A DNA stretch of 64,000 nucleotides. It comes from Christensenellaceae bacterium (GTDB lineage: Bacteria > Bacillota > Clostridia > Christensenellales > Borkfalkiaceae). Location: the NCBI GenBank assembly GCA_045578765.1, contig JAZNKV010000016.1, positions 26,796-90,795 of the forward strand, in the 5' to 3' direction. Shown here one piece after another: positions 9,196 through 18,839 of the stretch. Numbering within the stretch: position 1 is the first letter of the stretch; the number at the start of each line of letters is the position of its first letter. The translations under genes were made by a program, and so were the position numbers. The notes below the pieces were generated by a model. That model saw only the letters and a program-made list of their open reading frames with translations, was not told where the DNA came from and ran no database searches.

Positions 9196-9732
9196 TTACT
9201 TTATAATTTTTCCTAAATACTTATCCATAACACTTCTTACTACAGGGATAAACCTATCGTAAATAATATAAAAAATAACAGCAACTACTGCAACAGCATA
9301 GATTACATAATCTACCAGCCACAAAGGTATATCGCTAAAAACTTGCCCAAGTAATGCCGTATAATAAAAATAACAAATATATGCGACTGCAATACACCAA
9401 ACTAGTCCAATAATAAAACAAACAATTTTGTTATACTTTTTATCCATAAACCTGCATTTTACAATAGGATAAATACCAAAAAACGTGAAATACGCTGGAA
9501 TAATTAAAGAATTAATCCTTGCCAACAAGCCGAGCAAAAGCGCAATAACACCGCCCGCAACAGCACACAAAATACAACCTTTATACGACTTAAAATATAA
9601 CGGCAAAATAACGAACACCGACGCTAGTATAAGTGAAAAAACTTCCGCTATTTCAAAAATTGTTCCTACAAGTAAACATATTGCAACAAGTGCAGCCGAA
9701 ATCGCACTGAGCGAGATAACCTTATTTTGCAT
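9196..9732 (-). CDS. polytopic membrane protein of unknown function (about 5-6 TM helices)
   Basis: 178 aa and almost entirely hydrophobic. Its start overlaps the stop of the J-like gene (shared base 9732). Confidence 0.6.
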   Translation of the reverse strand: MQNKVISLSAISAALVAICLLVGTIFEIAEVFSLILASVFVILPLYFKSYKGCILCAVAGGVIALLLGLLARINSLIIPAYFTFFGIYPIVKCRFMDKKYNKIVCFIIGLVWCIAVAYICYFYYTALLGQVFSDIPLWLVDYVIYAVAVVAVIFYIIYDRFIPVVRSVMDKYLGKIIK

Positions 9733-10337
9733 TATCTACAACAAAAACTACAAAGCATGTCCATTAAGCACCAAGTAGCGCAAAATGACAAACAGTTGTT
9801 ACTGTCAACACCGCCCATTTGCGCGCTTCTTTGAGCGTTGGGGTCTTGGTTGTACGCATTATTAGATCGAAATTGACTGTCGTTGAAAGCAATTTTTTGT
9901 TTTAACTTTGAAAGTGCGTCAGCATACTTTTTATTATAAGGCTCTTTTGTAAGCGCAATTTCAAGTTGCTTTAAACTTTCATTTATCCAATTCTTTTTAT
10001 AAAAAATTACAGATTGAAGATAGTGCCACTCAGCATCTCTATCATGGTAATCGTCAAGATGTTGTTGAGCCTTGCTGATATCTCCACTTCTAATCAAATT
10101 TTCCACTTCACTGTAATTGTTTGTATCTTTATCACCTTCAACGGTTTTTTCCCTTGACGCTTTTATTTCTTGATATGCAGTTTCAACTTTTGTAAGCATT
10201 TTAGCCGCATAATTACCCGCTTCACCTTCATAAAAGCGTTCTTTTGAATATTTAGCTTTAAGCTCTTTATACGCAACTTCAACTTGTTCGTCGGTTGCGC
10301 CTTCGCTTAAGTTTAAAACTTTGTAGTATTCTTGCAT
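9732..10337 (-). CDS. J-domain-like protein lacking the HPD motif, with a TPR-like middle and a Cys-rich C-terminal tail
   Basis: The N-terminus YYKVLNLSEGATDEQVEVAYKELKAKYSKERF follows the J-domain helix I-II pattern, but KYSKE replaces KYHPD. The last 20 aa (CLSFCATWCLMDMLCSFCCR) contain 6 Cys. Confidence 0.7.
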   Translation of the reverse strand: MQEYYKVLNLSEGATDEQVEVAYKELKAKYSKERFYEGEAGNYAAKMLTKVETAYQEIKASREKTVEGDKDTNNYSEVENLIRSGDISKAQQHLDDYHDRDAEWHYLQSVIFYKKNWINESLKQLEIALTKEPYNKKYADALSKLKQKIAFNDSQFRSNNAYNQDPNAQRSAQMGGVDSNNCLSFCATWCLMDMLCSFCCR

Positions 10338-11179
10338 TTATTATTCTCCATTATTTGTTTGGTATGAAAACTCAACCCGCGTAGCAACACGTTATCGAGT
10401 AAATCGTGATTGAATTTATAGTCTAACTGTTGCGCTAATTCTCCTATTTTTGATAAAACGGCAGAAAACACGATAATAATTTCTCTTGAATTTTGTTCAA
10501 TAAGTTCTTTTTTATCTTTAACTAGCGGATAGGCACAGATAAAAACGTTATAATTCTTGTTCTTTATATCCTTGTCAAAATCATCAATTGCATCTATAAG
10601 ATATATCCATTTACCTAAATTATACGCTAATTCTTTCACGTTTTCGGTGTATTTATCACCCATTAAAATTTTAACGATTTTAGCCATCATATTCCCAAAC
10701 GGATCAGCAATCATATCAATGCTGTCACATTGGCTTTTTTCATATGATAACAACTCGTCATACATAGTTTTAACAGCCACGTCGATTTCAGGTTCTTGCC
10801 TTTTTGCCTTTTTGTATGCCGATTTGAAAAAAGAACGTTTAACCCTACCTTTACCGTTATCTAAAACGTCATCATTAAGTTTGTGATATGCTAGAATTAC
10901 GTTTAATGCACCAATGCGCTTAGTCAAATCATCAACAATAGCAATCGGGCGTTTTTTAATACGATGAATTACACAATGCTGTTTTTCAATCTTTACGTCT
11001 TGTCCTAATAAGTTATGCAACAAAACGCTTAAAAAAGTAAGATCATAGTTAAGAACAAGCCTTGCTTTTTGACCACACGAACAGCCTATGCCTTTACAAA
11101 GCCCACAATACATTGCTTTATAAAGTATGGTATCTTTAACGTACAAATTAGCAAAGTCTGTTTTTACGTAGCCAAACAT
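10313..11179 (-). CDS. DUF5685-like protein (family name recalled from memory)
   Basis: The N-terminus is MFGYVKTD...YCGLCKGIGCSCG (CxxCx4CxC), followed by HCVIH. Its start follows the trpS stop directly, and its 3' end overlaps the J-like gene by 25 nt. Confidence 0.6.
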   Translation of the reverse strand: MFGYVKTDFANLYVKDTILYKAMYCGLCKGIGCSCGQKARLVLNYDLTFLSVLLHNLLGQDVKIEKQHCVIHRIKKRPIAIVDDLTKRIGALNVILAYHKLNDDVLDNGKGRVKRSFFKSAYKKAKRQEPEIDVAVKTMYDELLSYEKSQCDSIDMIADPFGNMMAKIVKILMGDKYTENVKELAYNLGKWIYLIDAIDDFDKDIKNKNYNVFICAYPLVKDKKELIEQNSREIIIVFSAVLSKIGELAQQLDYKFNHDLLDNVLLRGLSFHTKQIMENNKCKNTTKF

Positions 11180-11180
11180 A

Positions 11181-12185
11181 TTAGCCCCTTTTTCTTTGAA
11201 CTAAACCAAGTTTTCTATACACTTTGCCAAGCGTTCTATACGCAAGCCTTTCGGCGCGTTCTGCCCCACTCTTTAATACTTCATCAAGGTACGCCTTATC
11301 GCTCAAAAGTTTATTCTTTTCTTGCCTTATAGGCTCAATTACCGATGCAACGGTACGGCCGACTTCAATCTTAAAGTCCCCGTAGCCCTTTCCTGCAAAT
11401 TCTTTTTCTGCCTGTTCAAACGTTTTATCAGTAAACGCACAGTAGATTGATAATAAATTACTTATGCCAGGTTTTTCGGGCGAATATATAATTTTATCAT
11501 CACTATCAGTAACGGCGCGCTTAAACTTTCTAACTATAGTATCAGGATCATCATCCATAGAAATAAAGGCATTAGTGTTGGCATCAGACTTACTCATTTT
11601 GCGCGTAGGTTCAGCTAAACTCATTACTCTTGCAGCAGACTTGCCTATATAACCTTCGGGCACCTTAAATGTTTCACCAAATCTATTGTTAAACCTAATT
11701 GCCAAATCTCTAGCAAGTTCTAGGTGTTGCTTTTGGTCTGCGCCGATAGGAACAAGTTCAGTTTGATAGAGCAATATATCAGCAGCCATAAGTACAGGAT
11801 AGTCCATTAAACCCATATTGATATTATCTTCATGTTTTAAGCTCTTATCTTTAAACTGCGTCATTCTTGAAAGTTCACCGGGATAACAAATAGTGTTTAA
11901 TACCCAAGCAAGTTCTGCGTGAGCAGAAACGTGTGATTGTGCAAATAAAATAGATTTTTCAGGGTCAATTCCACACGCAATGTAAAGAGCCACCAACTCA
12001 TAAGTGTTTTTTCTTAAAACTGCAGGATCTTGCTTTACCGTTAACGTATGAAGATCTGCTAGTGAAAACACACTATTATAATCGTCTTGCAACTTCTTAA
12101 AATTGCGCAATGCACCTAAATAGTTGCCAATAGTCAAAATTCCACTTGGTTGTATGGCGCTGAATAATATTTTCTTATCTTCCAT
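11181..12185 (-). CDS. trpS: tryptophan--tRNA ligase
   Basis: It has a class I HIGH-like motif (TIGNYLG) and KMSKS (KMSKSD). The 334-aa length fits. Confidence 0.92.
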   Translation of the reverse strand: MEDKKILFSAIQPSGILTIGNYLGALRNFKKLQDDYNSVFSLADLHTLTVKQDPAVLRKNTYELVALYIACGIDPEKSILFAQSHVSAHAELAWVLNTICYPGELSRMTQFKDKSLKHEDNINMGLMDYPVLMAADILLYQTELVPIGADQKQHLELARDLAIRFNNRFGETFKVPEGYIGKSAARVMSLAEPTRKMSKSDANTNAFISMDDDPDTIVRKFKRAVTDSDDKIIYSPEKPGISNLLSIYCAFTDKTFEQAEKEFAGKGYGDFKIEVGRTVASVIEPIRQEKNKLLSDKAYLDEVLKSGAERAERLAYRTLGKVYRKLGLVQRKRG

Positions 12186-12212
12186 TATTTTTACCTGTAA
12201 TTATTCCTTAAT

Positions 12213-13697
12213 TTACTTCTTAATAAACTCCATTACGGCATCGACTGCTTGAGTTTTTTCAATTACATCGTTAAATATTTTTTGTTTGTTTTTTAATTCG
12301 CTGATTTGTTTAGGTATTGGAGAAGCTGAAAGCTCGTATAATTTACTTGCTGATTGAAAAGCATCTTTAGGAGCTTTGCCGTCAACCGCCTTTAAAACGT
12401 CGTGCGCGAACTTATATGGACTTGCCGTTGACACAACAACAGTAGGCGTTTGATCACCCGTATATTGCCTGTACTTGCTATTAACGTCGTAAGCAACAGC
12501 CGTATGCGTATCCAAAACATATCCGTACTCATCAAATACTTCACCTATGGTTTGTTCGCATTCTTCTTCGTCAGTATAGTCGGCAAAGAACTCTTTATCA
12601 AGCACTTCCTTTTCTTGACTTGATATTGTATACGCACCTTTATCCTTAAGGTCTGCCATTCTTTTCTCTGTAAGAACAAAATCTCTACCTGAAAGTTCGA
12701 ATATTAAACGTTCTAAATTGCTTGATATTAAAATATCCATTGATGGAGACATCGTCTTAAAGAACTCTCTATTCCTATCATAAGTTCCACTTGCGAAAAA
12801 CTCAGTTAATACGTTGTTTGAATTGGATGCACAAATAAGTTTTTCAATAGGAAGCCCCATTTTCTTTGCATAATATCCTGCTAGGATATTGCCAAAGTTT
12901 CCGGTTGGAACAACAAAGTTAATTTTATCGCCCAATTTGATTTCACCAGAACTTATCAAATCACAGTACGCTGAAAAATAGTAGGTAATTTGTGGAACAA
13001 GTCTACCAAAATTCATTGAGTTTGCACTTGACAAAACCACGCCGTTTTTCAATAATTCGTCATTAATTTCTTTACTAACGAAAATATTTTTTACAGCTGT
13101 TTGACAATCGTCAAAGTTACCGTTAATCCCAACAACGTTTACGTTACTACCTTCTTGCGTGCACATTTGGAGTTTTTGCATATCACTAACACCTTCGCTT
13201 GGATAAAAGACCATAATCTTTATGCCGTCAGCATCCTTAAACCCTTCTAGTGCAGCTTTACCTGTATCACCGCTAGTTGCAACTAAAATAAGAACTTGTT
13301 CTTTTATGCCACTTATGTCGCAGCCTTTTCTTAACAAATACGGCAAAAGTGTCAAAGCGACGTCTTTAAAAGCAAGCGTTGGGCCGTGGAATAATTCCAT
13401 AATAAACGTGCCGTCATCTAATTTCACCAACGGAGCAGCATCGTTTTCTTCAAACTTGCTGTAAGCATTTTCACAAGCGCATAATAACTGTTCATAATCG
13501 TATTCATCGAGATAACGACGTAAAACGTAACAGGCGCGCTCAGCATAATTCATATCAATAAGTTTATAAAAATCGTCATTATTAAATTGCGGAAATGTTT
13601 GAGGAACAAAAAGCCCGCCATCTTCTGCAAGCCCTTTTGCAATTGCTTTAGAAGCTTGGTCTACTTGTGATTTACCCCTTGTGCTTATAAACTTCAT
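12213..13697 (-). CDS. thrC: threonine synthase (long form)
   Basis: PLP-lysine motif TLAFKD, plus SGDTGKA and SANSMNFGRL. 494 aa. Confidence 0.9.
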   Translation of the reverse strand: MKFISTRGKSQVDQASKAIAKGLAEDGGLFVPQTFPQFNNDDFYKLIDMNYAERACYVLRRYLDEYDYEQLLCACENAYSKFEENDAAPLVKLDDGTFIMELFHGPTLAFKDVALTLLPYLLRKGCDISGIKEQVLILVATSGDTGKAALEGFKDADGIKIMVFYPSEGVSDMQKLQMCTQEGSNVNVVGINGNFDDCQTAVKNIFVSKEINDELLKNGVVLSSANSMNFGRLVPQITYYFSAYCDLISSGEIKLGDKINFVVPTGNFGNILAGYYAKKMGLPIEKLICASNSNNVLTEFFASGTYDRNREFFKTMSPSMDILISSNLERLIFELSGRDFVLTEKRMADLKDKGAYTISSQEKEVLDKEFFADYTDEEECEQTIGEVFDEYGYVLDTHTAVAYDVNSKYRQYTGDQTPTVVVSTASPYKFAHDVLKAVDGKAPKDAFQSASKLYELSASPIPKQISELKNKQKIFNDVIEKTQAVDAVMEFIKK

Positions 13698-13715
13698 AAT
13701 TACTCCATAAATATT

Positions 13716-13746
13716 AAAAGTCGGAAAAACTTCCGACTTTTATTTT
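13716..13746. terminator. strong hairpin between the ATPase gene and thrC
   Basis: An 11-bp perfect stem, aaaagtcggaa (13716-13726) with ttccgactttt (13731-13741), has a 4-nt loop and T-rich runs on both strands. Confidence 0.7.
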
Positions 13747-13775
13747 ACACTATTTGTTATATAAAAAGCAACTTT

Positions 13776-14180
13776 TTAAACGTACTTTGCGATAAACTCG
13801 GGCAAATCTTCCTTAGCGGAACTACACGTTAAAACAAATTTAACACCGAAGTCCTTTTCTAATTTATCCATTGCGTTAAAAATGCTTTCTAATTGACCTA
13901 ATGGCTTATTAGCAATCCTAGCAATACCGTCAATAAATATGTATTCATTATCGCCGTTGGCTGCAACCAACCCTTTCAAAAAGCCCCTAAATCCATCTTC
14001 ACCGATTATTTCAAAACCTGAAACGTCAAGATATCTAATTTGATTGCTTAAATCATATGTGTATCTAGTTGTGTCGGTAACAAAAATAACGTGGCCTTTA
14101 GCGGTTTCTAAAGTGTTGTTTGCACTTTCTAAAATTGCTTTGGTTTTGCCTGTTCCTTTGGGTCCGTAAATAATTTTCAT
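13776..14180 (-). CDS. minimal stand-alone P-loop NTPase (134 aa), function unknown
   Basis: It has Walker A GPKGTGKT at residues 6-13 and a Walker B-like YIFIDG. No other domain is present. Confidence 0.55.
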   Translation of the reverse strand: MKIIYGPKGTGKTKAILESANNTLETAKGHVIFVTDTTRYTYDLSNQIRYLDVSGFEIIGEDGFRGFLKGLVAANGDNEYIFIDGIARIANKPLGQLESIFNAMDKLEKDFGVKFVLTCSSAKEDLPEFIAKYV

Positions 14181-14289
14181 TTAGAAAATTCCTCCTAATA
14201 TCATCTCTAGTTATATTGTATAACACTTTTTCAAAAAATACAATAGGTTTTTAAAAAATATTTTTGTAAAAATAACCTTTTTTATAAAA

Positions 14290-15486
14290 TTATTTAAGTT
14301 CGTTTACAAAATCCTTAAAACGACGAATCCCTTCGGTTATATCTTCCTTAGAAATAGCGTAAGAAAGTCTTATACATTCGTCATTGCCAAAAGCAACGCC
14401 AGGAACAAGAGCTATACCCTTTTTAAGCGCGCAGTCTGCAAATGAGAGTGAACCCGTGATTTTATTTCCTTCAAATGTTTTTCCATATAAACCAGAAACG
14501 TTTATAAACACATAAAACGCACCTTTTGGAGTAATGCATTCAATATTTTTAACGTCGCTTAAAAGTTCAATCATCAACTTTCTTCTTTCGTCAAAAACAG
14601 ACTGCATGTTGCTAATAAATTCTTCACCTTCAGGTGCAGTTAGCGCCGTTACTGAAGCATATTGGGCAATTGAGCACGCATTACTTGTCGTGTGGCTTTG
14701 CATACTTGAAATTGCTTTTGCAATCGCACTAGGAGCAGCAAGATAACCTATTCTCCAACCAGTCATAGAATACGTTTTACTCATACCGTTAATGATTACG
14801 GTGTGTTCTTTCATAAACTCGCTTACTTGCGCAATGGAAAAATGCTTTTCGCCATCGTAAATAAGCTTTTCGTAAATTTCGTCTGAAACAACGTAAATTC
14901 CGTGCTTTTCACAAACTGCTGCGATTCCTCTAATTTCTCGCTCGTTATATACGGCACCTGTTGGGTTGTTTGGTGTATTTAATATTAAGCATTTTGTTTT
15001 TTCTGTAACGTTTTCTTCAAGTTGTTGTGCTGAAATTTTGTAACCGTTTTCTTTTTTTGCATCAACAAGCACACATTTTCCGCCTGCGAGTTTAATAAGC
15101 TCAGGATAGGTTAACCAGAAAGGACTCGGTAAAATTACTTCATCGCCATCGTCAACTATAGCGCATATTGCATGATATAAAGAGCTTTTTGCCCCAGAAG
15201 AAATTACTATTTGATTGGGTTCATAGCTTAAGTTATTATCTTTTAAAAACTTTTCGCAAACAGCTTTTTTTAAGTTTAGCATACCTGCTGCGGGAGTATA
15301 CTTTGTAAAACCGATATCAAGCGCCTTTTTAGCACTTTCAATTATGTAGTCGGGCGTATTAAAGTCGGGCTCACCAGCACCAAAGCCGATAACCGAAACG
15401 CCCTCCGCTTTCATCTTGTTAGCCTTTGCGGTGATTTCAAGCGTCAATGATGGCGCTATTTCTCTTACTTTCTTAGAAACACTCAT
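14290..15486 (-). CDS. class I PLP-dependent aminotransferase (aspartate aminotransferase-like)
   Basis: PLP-lysine motif SKTYSMTGWRIGY, plus NPNNPTG-like NTPNNPTG. 398 aa. Confidence 0.85.
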   Translation of the reverse strand: MSVSKKVREIAPSLTLEITAKANKMKAEGVSVIGFGAGEPDFNTPDYIIESAKKALDIGFTKYTPAAGMLNLKKAVCEKFLKDNNLSYEPNQIVISSGAKSSLYHAICAIVDDGDEVILPSPFWLTYPELIKLAGGKCVLVDAKKENGYKISAQQLEENVTEKTKCLILNTPNNPTGAVYNEREIRGIAAVCEKHGIYVVSDEIYEKLIYDGEKHFSIAQVSEFMKEHTVIINGMSKTYSMTGWRIGYLAAPSAIAKAISSMQSHTTSNACSIAQYASVTALTAPEGEEFISNMQSVFDERRKLMIELLSDVKNIECITPKGAFYVFINVSGLYGKTFEGNKITGSLSFADCALKKGIALVPGVAFGNDECIRLSYAISKEDITEGIRRFKDFVNELK

Positions 15487-15498
15487 GTTTTGTACTCC

Positions 15499-16575
15499 TT
15501 ATTCTTCATCAATTCCTGCGCTGAGTTTAAGTTCTCTATCGTGAATAGCAAGCGCTTCAACCATTTCATCTATGTCACCAAGCATAAAATTATCTATTGA
15601 GTGAAGCGTTAAACCTATTCTATGATCGGTTACCCTACCTTGCGGGAAGTTATACGTTCTAATTCTTTCAGAACGGTCACCCGTTCCAACTTGACTTCTT
15701 CTATTTTCCGAATATTCTTTATCGTATTGAGATTGATAGTAGTCGTAAAGCCTACTTTTTAACACTCTCATAGCCTTTTCACGATTTTTTGTTTGTGAGC
15801 GTTCATCTTGACACAACACCACAATCCCTGTAGGAATATGCGTTAATCTAATACATGATTCGGTTTTGTTAACGTGCTGTCCGCCCGCACCTGAAGATCG
15901 CAAAGTGTCAACTCTTAAGTCTTTTTCGTCAATATGAACTTCTACGTCTTCTGCTTCAGGCAAAACTGCAACGGTTGCAGTTGACGTGTGAACTCTACCT
16001 TGAGACTCGGTTTCTGGAACACGTTGAACTCTATGAACCCCGCTCTCATATTTCAATTTGCTATACACACCCTTGCCAGAAATAGAAAATATAGCTTCTT
16101 TTAACCCGCCAAGCTCTGTCGTGCTAATTTCAATATCTTCAGTCTTCCAACGATTGCGTTCAGCATACTTAATATAAAGTTTATAAAGCTCATATGCAAA
16201 CAAGTTGGCTTCGTCACCACCAGCGCCACCACGAATTTCCATAATAACGTTCTTATCGTCATTAGGGTCCTTAGGTAAAAGCAAAATTCTAAGCTCTTCG
16301 GAAATTTTAGCAATACTATCCTTTAACGACTCAATTTCTTCTTGCATAAGAGCTTTCATTTCTTGGTCGGTTTCTAAAGGTACCATTTCACGCATATCTT
16401 CTTGTTCTTTTATTGCTTTTTTATATTCGGTATACTTCTCAACAGTAGGTGTTATGTCTGCAAGTTCTTTAGTGTATGCGCGCCATTCATCCATACGTGA
16501 TATAACTTCACTATCCCCAACTAATTGATTAAGTTTGTCAAATCTTTCAAGCATTTTATCAAGTTTTTTGAACAT
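15499..16575 (-). CDS. prfA: peptide chain release factor 1
   Basis: It has the GGQ motif ([10 protein letters not shown]) and the PxT tripeptide (PET). Its start overlaps the prmC-fusion stop (TAATG). Confidence 0.95.
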   Translation of the reverse strand: MFKKLDKMLERFDKLNQLVGDSEVISRMDEWRAYTKELADITPTVEKYTEYKKAIKEQEDMREMVPLETDQEMKALMQEEIESLKDSIAKISEELRILLLPKDPNDDKNVIMEIRGGAGGDEANLFAYELYKLYIKYAERNRWKTEDIEISTTELGGLKEAIFSISGKGVYSKLKYESGVHRVQRVPETESQGRVHTSTATVAVLPEAEDVEVHIDEKDLRVDTLRSSGAGGQHVNKTESCIRLTHIPTGIVVLCQDERSQTKNREKAMRVLKSRLYDYYQSQYDKEYSENRRSQVGTGDRSERIRTYNFPQGRVTDHRIGLTLHSIDNFMLGDIDEMVEALAIHDRELKLSAGIDEE

Positions 16576-18383
16576 TAATATACCGCCTTAACAATCCTTT
16601 CAATATTTTCGTAATCTTTTATTATCTCAACACTCTTATATTCAAAGAGCATGTTTTTAATTTGTTCAACTTGCCCTGCGCCACATTCTAAAAGTAAAAC
16701 GCCGTTTTCATTTAAGTATTCTTTAGCTTGATTTGCAATGATTCTATAGAAATCAAGTCCATCTTCACCACCATCAAGCGCTAAATTAGGTTCAAAATCT
16801 TTTACTTCTTTTTGAAGCGTAAAAACGTCCGCGCTCTTTATATAAGGTGGATTTGAAATTATGACGTCAAACTTCTTGCCTTCAAGCGCACAAAACATAT
16901 CGCTTTGCAAAAACTCAACAGGCGTGTTGTTTAAGCTGGCGTTTTCTTTGGCTAGACTTAAAGCGTCTAGGCTTATATCAATTGCCGTAACTTTAGCATT
17001 ACTTTCCTTTTGAACAGCGATTGCTATTGCGCCACTACCAGTACACAAATCGAGCACATTACTATTTTTATCAATATATTTTAATGCGCTTAACACCAAA
17101 AGCTCAGTTTCAGGCCTTGGAATAAGCACTCTTTCATCAACTTTAATTTTATAACCATAAAAATCAGTATCACCAACACAGTACCAAAGCGGTCTGCCCG
17201 TAATGCGTTCTTCAACGGTTTTATTGATTTTTTCAATTTGTGTTATACTAACCAAATCGTCATTATACAACTGGTCTCTTTTTATACCAAGTGCTAAAGA
17301 AACGATCCACTCACTCTCCGCGCCTTCATCTATTCCGTTTTCCAACAGAGTTTTTTTCACAATCTCCAAAAGCTCTTTTCTCTTTTTAGGCGTTGGGAAA
17401 TTTTGCTCTTTAATATTTTCATCTAAATCCATTTGCTGAACTTTTTTAAAAGCAGTAATGGCAACTTCTAACATTTTGTCATCAGGTTCGCGCGTCGTAA
17501 CACGTTGCAACAACAACCCTGGAACTTTTAACGGAAAAACGAATATGCTTTTTGTTTTCGCTAAAAGCTTTAAAAGTTCATAAGATAACCCTGCAACAAC
17601 AGGAAGCAATGCAATTTTAAGCAAAACTCTATATACTTTATCAATTGGGCCAGCTAAACTTTCGATAACCGCAAATAGCAGAATACTAATCAACATTACA
17701 AAAACTATAAACGTTGTTCCGCAACGGTCGTGAACTCTACTACAAGTTTTTGCATTTTCAACAGTTAATTCCTTACCCAACTCATAACAAGATATCGTTT
17801 TATGTTCAGCGCCGTGGTACATAAACGTTCTACGCACGTCTTTTAGTAACGAGGCTAATAAAATATAGGAAACAAATATTACAAGTTTTAATCCGCCTTC
17901 AATAAAGTTTTTTGCCCAAATATCAAAGACAAATCCGCTTCCTACGAGTGTTTCAATCAAAGAACGCACAAACTGCGGTAGCCACATAAACAAAAAAACT
18001 GCTAACGCAAGCCCAAGAATAAGCGAAAATACTGTTATAACGCTCATCACGTTTAATTTTAATTTTTCCGCCATCCACTTTTCAAATTTTGAAGGCTCAC
18101 TTTCTCCAAACACTTCAGCCGAGCGCATAAGCGTTTTGCTTCCACCAACCAAAGATTCAATAAAAGCAACCACACCACGCACAATAGGCAACCTCAAAAA
18201 AAGGTTGCGTTTAGATTGCGGTTTAATTCTTTTGGTTTCAAGTCTAATAACTCCGTCAGCATCTCTAACCGCGGTAGCTATTGCCGACCTACCGCGCATC
18301 ATAACGCCTTCTATTACTGCTTGACCACCAATTGAAACGGTTTTACTGCAACGAGTTAAATTGCATTTTTTACTATCTTTCAT
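16575..18383 (-). CDS. prmC: fusion protein: N-terminal DUF1385-type membrane domain + C-terminal release-factor glutamine methyltransferase PrmC
   Basis: This is a single 602-aa ORF. Residues ~15-310 carry YHGAEHK and HDRCGT motifs and several TM helices (DUF1385 pattern, from memory). Residues ~320-602 are a complete PrmC ([22 protein letters not shown]). Confidence 0.85.
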   Translation of the reverse strand: MKDSKKCNLTRCSKTVSIGGQAVIEGVMMRGRSAIATAVRDADGVIRLETKRIKPQSKRNLFLRLPIVRGVVAFIESLVGGSKTLMRSAEVFGESEPSKFEKWMAEKLKLNVMSVITVFSLILGLALAVFLFMWLPQFVRSLIETLVGSGFVFDIWAKNFIEGGLKLVIFVSYILLASLLKDVRRTFMYHGAEHKTISCYELGKELTVENAKTCSRVHDRCGTTFIVFVMLISILLFAVIESLAGPIDKVYRVLLKIALLPVVAGLSYELLKLLAKTKSIFVFPLKVPGLLLQRVTTREPDDKMLEVAITAFKKVQQMDLDENIKEQNFPTPKKRKELLEIVKKTLLENGIDEGAESEWIVSLALGIKRDQLYNDDLVSITQIEKINKTVEERITGRPLWYCVGDTDFYGYKIKVDERVLIPRPETELLVLSALKYIDKNSNVLDLCTGSGAIAIAVQKESNAKVTAIDISLDALSLAKENASLNNTPVEFLQSDMFCALEGKKFDVIISNPPYIKSADVFTLQKEVKDFEPNLALDGGEDGLDFYRIIANQAKEYLNENGVLLLECGAGQVEQIKNMLFEYKSVEIIKDYENIERIVKAVY

Positions 18384-18395
18384 AAATTAAAATGT

Positions 18396-18437
18396 AAAAA
18401 AAAGGGCTTTAAGAATATTATGGATACTCTTAAAGCC
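18396..18437 (-). terminator. rho-independent terminator after rpmE
   Basis: An 11-bp stem (18404-18414 with 18427-18437) is followed by a T8 run on the minus strand (plus-strand A run, 18396-18403). Confidence 0.75.
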
Positions 18438-18453
18438 GCGCAACATATTTAAA

Positions 18454-18666
18454 CTATTTTGCTGCTTTGCCATATCTCTTGTTGAACTTGTCAACACGGC
18501 CGCCGGTATCAACCAACTTTTGTTTACCCGTAAAGAATGGGTGACATTTACTGCAAATATCAACCTTTATAACGTCGCCTTTCTTAGTAGAACCGGTTTT
18601 AAAAGTTTCACCACACGCGCAAACAACGGTTACTTCATGATAATCGGGATGTATAGCTTCTTTCAT
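18454..18666 (-). CDS. rpmE: 50S ribosomal protein L31 (Zn-ribbon type)
   Basis: MKEAIHPDY...CACGETF...[10 protein letters not shown]. The ATG at 18666 has GAGGTG 5 nt upstream. Confidence 0.92.
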   Translation of the reverse strand: MKEAIHPDYHEVTVVCACGETFKTGSTKKGDVIKVDICSKCHPFFTGKQKLVDTGGRVDKFNKRYGKAAK

Positions 18667-18839
18667 AACACACCTCACTTGCTAATTTACTCAGTAATTA
18701 TATTATATTTTTCAAATATAGTCAACTATAAATAGCCCGTTTATAAAAATTTTCTAAAAAGTTTTTACCACATTATTTTACTTGATTTATTTTTATTTTT
18801 GTAATATAATTATTAAAAATTTTGCATTGCGGAGACTTT

